Below, one piece after another: positions 52,601-64,000 of a stretch of 64,000 nucleotides of DNA. The notes beneath the pieces are model-generated. The model worked only from the letters and a program-made list of their open reading frames with translations. It ran no database searches and was not told where the DNA came from. The stretch is from the NCBI GenBank assembly GCA_000165345.1, contig CM000429.1:640001-704000 (forward strand), read 5' to 3'. A program made the position numbers and the translations under genes. The first letter of the stretch is position 1; every line of letters begins with the position of its first letter.

Positions 52601-53969
52601 TAATGGTATTAGTAGTATTAATACCAGTAATACAAGTACTACTACTACTACTACTAATAATAATAATAATAATAATAATAATATTAATAATAATATTAAT
52701 AGTAGTAATATTGATTTAGATGATGATTTTGAGAGTTTTCTGCTTGAAAGACCTTTTGAATTCAGGCTTATACAAAATAGAATAGGAAGAAGAAGGATTT
52801 GTAGTGGAAATGAAGGAAGAGAAAGAAGAAGAAATCAAGGATTAGTTGGTGTTAATTCTAATAATTGTAGAGATTTTAATAACAATAATACAAGAATGAC
52901 AGACGAAGATTGGGAAGATTTTGAAAATCGTAACAATTATGATGATGATTATTATAATTCAGATTTAGATAGCATTGAAGAAGGTCTAGATGATGAAGAG
53001 ATGGAATATTACTATTTAAATAATAAAATATCAGACTTTACTCATATTAATGAGTTTAAATGGTCTAGAGTAGGAAGAAGTTTATGTTCAAAGCCTGATA
53101 CTTCTAGTATGGTTAAATTTAGATTTGAGACTTATCCGATAAAAAATAATTCAATAACAGGAGTTAAAACACAATTACAGAGTCAAATGTTGAAATGTAC
53201 TTTAAATAATGTTAATAATGGAGATATATTAAAGAATATTGAAGATATGCGAGATTTTAATTATTATATGGAAAATACTAATAAATCATTTAATACTTTA
53301 TTACCTAAAGGAATTGTTGATTTTGTTGCTTTACTTCCCCCTAGTAATATTCCAACAAGTTCTATCAGAAATATTCTTGGAATTACTCAAGAAGTTGTTG
53401 ATCTTTTAATTACCAATCTTCAGACTTGTTTACTTCCTCAGAAAATTGATATCTATAAATATTCCTCAATGTCTTCTTTGGCATATTTATGTAATCAGAA
53501 TAATATTAAAAATAATGAACATAATAATATTCAAAATGATAATAATAATAATAATAATAATAGTAATATTAATAATAGTAATAATAGCAATAATGGTAAT
53601 AATAATATTAGCTCCAATAATATTAACAATACTTCAGATTTTGGTATACCACGTAAATCATCATTTAACAACGGCCTTTCGGATCAAATGAATACTAATA
53701 CATCATTAAATGATAATCAAAATTTCAGTAATATACAATATTCATCCAACTCTAATCTTGATATTAATAAATTACAAGAAATCATCCAAAAATCAATTCC
53801 TTGGATTTCTAATAATAATATCAATATGAACATGAATACAGGTAATGATTTGTTAAATAATACAAATAATGATAATAATACTTTCTTTACACCTTGTAAT
53901 GTACCAAATCCTAACAGATTCTCAAATAAACCCAAAAATTCAAACTCAAAAGTACAAATACAACTTTAA
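49611..53969 (+). CDS. Cleavage stimulation factor 77 kDa (CstF77/Rna14/Suppressor-of-forked) homolog with large low-complexity insertions
   Basis: N-terminal HAT repeats. WMSKFIPWKRYILFEKSNPLGLD...HPEVWYEY matches CstF77 (MWKKYIQWEKSNPL...HPDIWYEAAQY). Long N/Q/S-rich inserts and a Cys-rich segment (CLGNCNICSK...CICNCHNK). Confidence 0.7.
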   Translation: MKKGITSLIDSIVEKNPYDYSLWENIFTVKSESEVFERALEFFPTSPIVWKRYIEYLQSQKNTDEKVLLGIYQRCIHQCSCIMIWKLFIPFVDEKINSLKDRYQIYQLALDTVGSDPRSGFIWQRMYKLRLMVYNTLISKNEASLSGNTLLLNPFETSTIPIISEQIEECFALGDKIATIVTLRQFFIQWLTTPVGNLETAFIAYSLFENSISSSSTTDVPNMNTGIVIGGVVPVSESASKLVTKNLLQSGEKLVNISKIVHKNMMVLVDNLHEDIPAKPLDKSNRSEWMSKFIPWKRYILFEKSNPLGLDKSHYFNRVSYSFRNCLLYFSYHPEVWYEYFIFVWNSHPVQLTGMEIATELLSSAIQRFLPKDEILKLVLAEVYELRKKLDKVMHLYHSMIYIESSGEVIQMDDSGVPVTDDNNGDNNINMSNTSVGNNNNSNNNNSTQSNTQSNTQNNTQNNNQNNNNNHHHHLNSGIGINNDQNNHQINIQEEANDHHISMGKSRNSQLFVNVGEGIGGETFGVNNGNSNNVIGSRSSVAMIDDNSNSLGGSNTTDFHIGDRNDGISISKQYSQMITSGLSHKQYNPGVSAVVIIEYLNFILRSTNDKVIWREVFLDYVKRSPRIYDIKWICYSQALNEWRLYNNLDGAYQIFYFGMYYRHLFLDVSFMSCFVSFLLDTGKLQQARNTLQSSIYEIYKETGKVPKQLWLQWFHLERMSGSSIYSLNYLNRIYQLQKDGKNVEIDMLLSKRQQEAWHAILGAPEFAELNKEYIGNDNIDPKTKVYGHSYIVNPFDDDNFIGGLSSSNVNDSNNNDNNNNINSSSNLLLQNQRGANSVLTTGAIGNSRRSLEVNSGNKFILTCPSKFRTAFECFRFGSIYPNSSWTEFYLFDGEEGRNNYLGGGIGISSQSEDERICLGNCNICSKPSSTSSSSVSNGNSNTCICNCHNKIKGTASILSRSVLEEGKSDSSNDYNCVSEGRIAGTYHNEQSTGIATNNGISSINTSNTSTTTTTTNNNNNNNNNINNNINSSNIDLDDDFESFLLERPFEFRLIQNRIGRRRICSGNEGRERRRNQGLVGVNSNNCRDFNNNNTRMTDEDWEDFENRNNYDDDYYNSDLDSIEEGLDDEEMEYYYLNNKISDFTHINEFKWSRVGRSLCSKPDTSSMVKFRFETYPIKNNSITGVKTQLQSQMLKCTLNNVNNGDILKNIEDMRDFNYYMENTNKSFNTLLPKGIVDFVALLPPSNIPTSSIRNILGITQEVVDLLITNLQTCLLPQKIDIYKYSSMSSLAYLCNQNNIKNNEHNNIQNDNNNNNNNSNINNSNNSNNGNNNISSNNINNTSDFGIPRKSSFNNGLSDQMNTNTSLNDNQNFSNIQYSSNSNLDINKLQEIIQKSIPWISNNNINMNMNTGNDLLNNTNNDNNTFFTPCNVPNPNRFSNKPKNSNSKVQIQL

Positions 53970-54029
53970 TAATTAATTTTAATTGTTATTTTAACTATAA
54001 ATATAAATATAAATATTTCTAAGTTTCAT

Positions 54030-54120
54030 ATTTTTTCTTTCTTTCTTTCCTTCCTTCCTTCCTTCTTTCTCTCTTCCCCACTCACTGACTCTTTCTTTCT
54101 TTGTTTTTTTTTCTCCCTAT
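54030..54120. repeat. Polypyrimidine (TTCC/TTTC)n tract in the convergent 3' intergenic region
   Basis: ttctttctttccttccttccttccttctttctctcttcccc. Confidence 0.8.
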
Positions 54121-54171
54121 ATTGCTATTTATTCATAATCCCCTATTCATTAGTCCATGTTTATTACAAAT

Positions 54172-59031
<4,860 letters not shown>

Positions 59032-59626
59032 TTTTTTTTTCTCCTTCTTTCCTTATCTGAATATCTTTAAATATTCTGTTCTACATATTACTTATTTTAT
59101 TGCCAAAATATTACTATACAAAAATATATTATTTTTTCTCTTTTATTTTCTTGACCTTTTTTTCTTTGTTATTTTCTTGTGGATCTGCATACCTGCATTA
59201 CCCCCCATCTATATATACGGTCTGTCGTTACAGGTTTAAAATTCATTAAATATATATATATTTTTTTGTAACTCTTATAATAATGAATTTTAATATTAAT
59301 AATTCAAATTTTAACTCGATTTTTTCTTTTTTTTTATTGTTTATTCATTTTTTACCTTTTTAATTATTTTTTGTATTTTTGTCAACATAAAATTAATACC
59401 ATTATTTTTTTTATCCACATGAATTTGAAGATGTAAAAAAGAAATTAAAAATTGACTGATAAAAAGTCATTAAAACTTAAATAAGTAAAAATAATTAGCA
59501 ATCCATTAGTAACCATACAATTTAAGTAAATTGAAATTTATCACCAATATTAATTTTTTTTTTGACATACATTCTATCTATATGCCGGGAATTTATAGTC
59601 ATCCACATGAAATTAGTTTCAACGCA

Positions 59627-59643
59627 AATTGCATGCATGCAAT
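59627..59643. promoter_or_regulatory. Palindrome ATTGCATGCATGCAAT, second copy
   Basis: 16-bp perfect palindrome about 600 bp upstream of the PH-repeat gene start and about 90 bp past the stop of the 456-aa gene. Confidence 0.35.
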
Positions 59644-59722
59644 AATGACGTGTCAAAACAATAAAAATCAGAAGATATGATAGTAATAGAAATAATTTAA
59701 ATTAAGCTAAATCTAAAATATT

Positions 59723-61093
59723 TTAATTCAAAATTGCAGACTTAAAGCTATCAGTGATGTTTTGAATCAGATTTGTGGAATCTTGAGTGAAATTAATACA
59801 AGGTTTTAGAATATTCTTTGTAATTTCAGCCGATCTGGGTGATTTTCTATCGTTTGAAGAGTATCTTTTAATTGTAAAATTGCGACCTAATTCAGGTTTA
59901 TGTTGTAATTGGTTTTTTGAAAATGTATTATTTATGTTAGGAAGATTGTCTTTTGAATATTTGGTTGTGTTGAGTGGGGTAGAACCAGAAGATAGTTGAT
60001 TAGCATAGTTTAGATTATTATTAAACTGTGGATATTTCCCTTTATTAGCATGATTAGTAAAATTAAAATTTGGAGAATGCGGTGGGAATATAGTTAAAAC
60101 TGGATTTGAATTAACAGGAGATTGAATAGTAGAAAATAATACGGGATTTGCATGGGTAAAATCAATAATATTGTTCCCAATTACCACATTATTCCCTATT
60201 TGTTTATGAAAGTGATTAGAACTTCCATAACTTTGTTGAGTAAAGTCTCTTGATATTTGCTTTTGTTTGGTGAATTCTGAGATATTAGAAGTCTTTCTTT
60301 CTAAAGATGGGTTACTAATTGGTCCATTATTGAATGATGCATTTTGCTTTCTAGTATAGAATTGCTTCTTTTCTGGAATCAGTTCAAAATAAAGTTCTTC
60401 TCTATTTAGAGTTAATCCATTATTCAATTGTTTTCCCAATGTATTACTTGAAATATTCTCTTTATCATTAACTTCAGGCTTATTTAATGAACTAGATGGT
60501 GCTACCAGATTATCTTTAGTAACATTTATTTCTATTTTTTGATTAGAAATTACTGTTTTCTGTTTCTCATTACCTTTGAAATTCTTGACTTTGTAAAAGG
60601 AATAGTAAAATATTTTATCTTTTTTTGATTCAATAATATTCACTACAGAATTTATTCCATGAAAATATCTAATAAGGTTTTGTTGGAATTCCAACATAGT
60701 ATTCTCATCCAATGATAATAGCTCAGATTCATTTTCTAATTCAGTGCTTTCACAAGATCTAGATTTATCCATAATTGCTTCTTGCCTATTATTACTTTGT
60801 TTAAAGTTGGAAATTAACTTATCCATTGCAAATCTTTGTTTTTTATATTCAATCAATTTCATAGTGTGAAATAACATACAAATGGATTGAGTTTGCCTTG
60901 CTAATGCATAAAATCCATCCAACATATATTTATTGTATTTCTTTTTTTGTAAAGATAGTTCCCTTTCAAGCTGACTTTTATACTTCCAATTGTAAAGGCA
61001 GTTCCTAATTTGTCTTTCTTTTATTTGTTTTAGTAGCATTTCTGTTCCATATATGGATACAATAAGATCTTCAATACAAAACTCAGAATCCAT
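59723..61093 (-). CDS. Hypothetical protein (456 aa), N/S-rich C-terminal half
   Basis: Long ORF with ATG at 61091..61093. No recognisable domain. Confidence 0.4.
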   Translation of the reverse strand: MDSEFCIEDLIVSIYGTEMLLKQIKERQIRNCLYNWKYKSQLERELSLQKKKYNKYMLDGFYALARQTQSICMLFHTMKLIEYKKQRFAMDKLISNFKQSNNRQEAIMDKSRSCESTELENESELLSLDENTMLEFQQNLIRYFHGINSVVNIIESKKDKIFYYSFYKVKNFKGNEKQKTVISNQKIEINVTKDNLVAPSSSLNKPEVNDKENISSNTLGKQLNNGLTLNREELYFELIPEKKQFYTRKQNASFNNGPISNPSLERKTSNISEFTKQKQISRDFTQQSYGSSNHFHKQIGNNVVIGNNIIDFTHANPVLFSTIQSPVNSNPVLTIFPPHSPNFNFTNHANKGKYPQFNNNLNYANQLSSGSTPLNTTKYSKDNLPNINNTFSKNQLQHKPELGRNFTIKRYSSNDRKSPRSAEITKNILKPCINFTQDSTNLIQNITDSFKSAILN

Positions 61094-61482
61094 TTTTTTT
61101 TGTTTATTATATTTCCTTCCTTTTTATTTACTCTAAATAATTATTCCAAAATAAAATTTCTTGAGGTAAATAAACAATTCACACGGAATATCCTTTTTTT
61201 AAAATAATAATAATAATATTGACTGTAATAACTCTGCCAACTCTTATAATTAACCTATAAAAATGCTTCGTTTCCCTTTGTATTGCTTCTCTGAACTCAG
61301 TATATGAAGATCTGTAACCCAAGTTCACTAAATAAAAAAGATTTCCTTCTTCCTACTATTCCCTCTCTATTATATTTCATTTACAAAAAAAAAAAAGGAA
61401 AAAAACATGCCAAAGTGTGGGGTACCGTAAAAAAAACATGCGAAGAACATGCAAGCTGGCGCGCGCGCTAAAATGTATAAAA

Positions 61483-63708
61483 TTAATTAGAGCTAATTAT
61501 TGCTATGGGATCTAGATACTTAATAAGGAAAGATTGTAAAGACGGAAATTTTGATGTGATTTGATCAAAACATGTTCCTTCTGAAAGCTCCTTCCAATCT
61601 TCAATAGAATTTATATCCTTCCAGTAATCCAAATCGAGTAAAAAAGAGCATTTTCCCAAAAGTAAAGTAGCTTCTTCATCTAAAGCTTCAAAATTATTGG
61701 AAAGAATTCGATTATTGAGATTCTGCCCAATCATACTAAGTATCTTAGTGTATTTTATAGAGTTTATCGATGACTCGGCACATCCTAGCTTTGTAAGTTT
61801 GAAATCCGAGATAATTTGTTTGTGTAACATCTCTAAATTAGTAATCATAGATTCAGAATTAGAATTCCCAAAAATATTGTCAACTTTTGAAATTTCTCCA
61901 TTTCTGAGCCCTCTATATTTTAAAATTAATTGATTAAATTCAAAATTTGAATTTCCAATACTTTCTCCTGTAGCTTCATTTTCTGTGTTATTTATATTGT
62001 TCAAGTATTCTTGTGATTCATTGTTATATGGGGAAGAGAGGTCTATTTTGAGAGGAATATCCTGATAGTTTACAAGAAGATAAAGAGTATTCTGAGAGTA
62101 AGTAGTAAAATAAATCTTATTTGATTGGTTTGAATGATCCAAAATATTTTTACATATTAGCTGATGACCATTTTCTGTAATGTATATTATAAAGATGTGT
62201 TTATTTGTACATAAAATACATTTATGAGTAATACCAGGTTGAAGAGAAGATTTTTGATATAGGAAAATATCTTGAGCTTGAGGACTTGATACCAGTTGAA
62301 TATTCTGTTCAAGGTTGCAAATATCACTAAAACAATTGTTATCGTTTTTACTTGCAAATGATGAAATATTCATAATTTCATGTAATAAGGACATATTAAA
62401 TGATGGCTTATGTGTCCAACTCAACAAAGGGTTTGTAGCTTCACTAGTTTCAGGTAACAAACTTGATGTTGGTGTAAGTTGTAAAAGTTTTAAGGAATTA
62501 TTGGATTTATAGATGAAGAAAAGAGCAAATTTATGAAAATCACCCAAAGATATTTCAAGGTGAATCTTCATTGTTGATATACTATTTTCATGATTTCTTG
62601 TATCGGTATTTTCAAAGCAAGGTATTGCTATCAGATTTGAAGGATAAAAGTCACCAATTTGATTAAAGTTTAAAGTCCAACAAAGTTCTACTACTCCAAA
62701 AGAGTCGTGCCTAAAAAGAATAAGTATTTTTGTTTTTTTACCATTAAGAGTATTAGGAATTTCTGCTGTTATAAAACACATAAATGATACATTCCATTTG
62801 ATATAACTTGATGGGAATGAAAATATGAGAATATCCTCATTAAATGTTGTTTTACGTAGCTTTTTAACACCTTTTCTACGATCAAAGGGAGTTCTTATGG
62901 GAGCTTCAGAAGGTCTAGTATATTCAGAATAATCATCAAAATCCTCAGTATTTTCAGCTATTTTAGCAGTTCTTGGTTTAGATCTTTGAATTCTCTCACT
63001 ACTATTCCATGCTGATTTAAGTAATCCAACAATACTTTTCAGGTGACTTTTAGATTCTTTTTCAAATTCTGGACAGAAAATTGAAGAATCAGAATTTTGA
63101 TTCTCAGATTGAAAAATATTTTCATTAAATTTTGCAATATCCCACCAATTAGATGACATTGAAAAACCCAAAACTTGAGCAATTTCTCCAGATACTGTTA
63201 TTCTAAGAGTATGAAGTTTTAAAGTACTAGTAGAAATAACAAATTGAAATTCTCCATCTCCAGTTCTAATTGCAAGAGAAACAGAATGATCATTTTGATC
63301 TTTTAATAAAGCCTGATCTTCAGTATCTTGGTCCTCCTCCAGCTCTAAATTATACACTTTAGGTTCTACTGAAATGTTTATACCTTGTGAATGCATTTCA
63401 GTAAAAGATTTAATATCGTGACAGTAAACCCACATATATCTTCTAGTCCAAGCAACTAAAACATAAACCATATCATTGTATTTAAAAAATCCAAGTTGGG
63501 AGACTAATAAGGAATCTCCATTCGGTATAAACCTTAATAAGTCTTTTGGAACGTTAATATTCCACTCTAACAAAAATTCATCGTTTGTACTCCAACAACT
63601 ACATTTCCACTGAAAAGCAACTTCTGAGTTATCATTCAAATCCTCCACTTTTTCTAATGATATACATATTCCTTGGTTTGGGTCTCCTCTTACTGGTTCT
63701 TGCTTCAT
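61483..63708 (-). CDS. Hypothetical protein (about 741 aa)
   Basis: Track ORF 61483..63747 begins at a non-ATG codon. The first ATG (MKQEP...) is near 63706..63708. Confidence 0.4.
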   Translation of the reverse strand: MKQEPVRGDPNQGICISLEKVEDLNDNSEVAFQWKCSCWSTNDEFLLEWNINVPKDLLRFIPNGDSLLVSQLGFFKYNDMVYVLVAWTRRYMWVYCHDIKSFTEMHSQGINISVEPKVYNLELEEDQDTEDQALLKDQNDHSVSLAIRTGDGEFQFVISTSTLKLHTLRITVSGEIAQVLGFSMSSNWWDIAKFNENIFQSENQNSDSSIFCPEFEKESKSHLKSIVGLLKSAWNSSERIQRSKPRTAKIAENTEDFDDYSEYTRPSEAPIRTPFDRRKGVKKLRKTTFNEDILIFSFPSSYIKWNVSFMCFITAEIPNTLNGKKTKILILFRHDSFGVVELCWTLNFNQIGDFYPSNLIAIPCFENTDTRNHENSISTMKIHLEISLGDFHKFALFFIYKSNNSLKLLQLTPTSSLLPETSEATNPLLSWTHKPSFNMSLLHEIMNISSFASKNDNNCFSDICNLEQNIQLVSSPQAQDIFLYQKSSLQPGITHKCILCTNKHIFIIYITENGHQLICKNILDHSNQSNKIYFTTYSQNTLYLLVNYQDIPLKIDLSSPYNNESQEYLNNINNTENEATGESIGNSNFEFNQLILKYRGLRNGEISKVDNIFGNSNSESMITNLEMLHKQIISDFKLTKLGCAESSINSIKYTKILSMIGQNLNNRILSNNFEALDEEATLLLGKCSFLLDLDYWKDINSIEDWKELSEGTCFDQITSKFPSLQSFLIKYLDPIAIISSN

Positions 63709-63922
63709 TTTACTTGTATTATTTGTTTCTATTTGCAATTCTCGCACACTATAATTTTAAGCTTCTACCAAATAGTGGCTCCAAGAGGAAATGGTAAAAT
63801 TTAGTTGCAATGTATTTCTGTATTTCTATGAACCTCTTTTCTCAGCCACTTTTGAACTTTCTTTTTTTTCATTCAATTCTTTTTTACTTTAATATGCTAA
63901 TAAAGTATTCATTGTCTAAACT

Positions 63923-63933
63923 TTTGGCGCCAA
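63923..63933. promoter_or_regulatory. TTTGGCGCCAA palindrome upstream of the last (minus-strand) gene
   Basis: Same motif class, about 200 bp upstream of the gene start. Confidence 0.4.
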
Positions 63934-64000
63934 CACATGTTGTATTTTAACGGCTTGTACATGTAATAGTGGGTTTTATAGTGTAAGATTTACGTAATAA

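Overview
This is a gene-dense, AT-rich eukaryotic window, not a prokaryotic one. It has short spliceosomal introns (GTAAGT...YAG), a Pol III-type tRNA followed by a T-run terminator, and proteins found only in eukaryotes. Gene content and style point to an apicomplexan of the Cryptosporidium type. The evidence is N/S/Q-rich low-complexity inserts, very short intergenic spacers, GGCGCC (E2F-like) and TGCATGCA palindromes upstream of genes, and aldolase and TPI as close neighbours; from memory only, unchecked, this order resembles C. parvum chromosome 1. I identify about 26 protein-coding genes and one tRNA-Gly(GCC). The named genes are: an XAP5/FAM50 homolog (multi-exon); an SRPK-type kinase; a membrane J-domain protein; a divergent 14-3-3; a 5-exon CGI121/TPRKB (KEOPS subunit); ribosomal protein L27e; a KDEL receptor with an N-terminal extension; class I fructose-bisphosphate aldolase; a WD40 protein with a GATOR2-type RING; a 6-exon coiled-coil gene; triosephosphate isomerase; a CDF (ZnT-like) transporter; a NodB-type polysaccharide deacetylase with a spliced upstream exon; a 3779-aa UTP20-like protein; U2AF65 (2 exons); a wax ester synthase/diacylglycerol acyltransferase (WS/DGAT)-like HHxxxDG acyltransferase (3 exons); SAS10/UTP3; UMP-CMP kinase; a cyclin-like protein; CstF77/Rna14; a protein with a coiled coil plus four PH-like repeats; and several hypothetical proteins. 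The supplied ORF track uses alternative start codons (TTG/GTG shown as M), so true ATG starts often lie downstream of the track start. Three track ORFs end at a TAA that sits inside a GTAAGT splice donor, not at a real stop. My character-level reading of the sequence is not perfect: coordinates taken from ORF-track boundaries are reliable, but splice junctions and short motifs could be off by 1-2 nt. I found no CRISPR array, no transposon and no rRNA. I could not support a prokaryote-style novel system. The most interesting items are a bacterial-type WS/DGAT-like acyltransferase, the NodB deacetylase with its spliced N-terminal exon, a GATOR2-type RING protein, recurring promoter palindromes, and extreme gene packing (convergent stops 5 bp apart, or overlapping).
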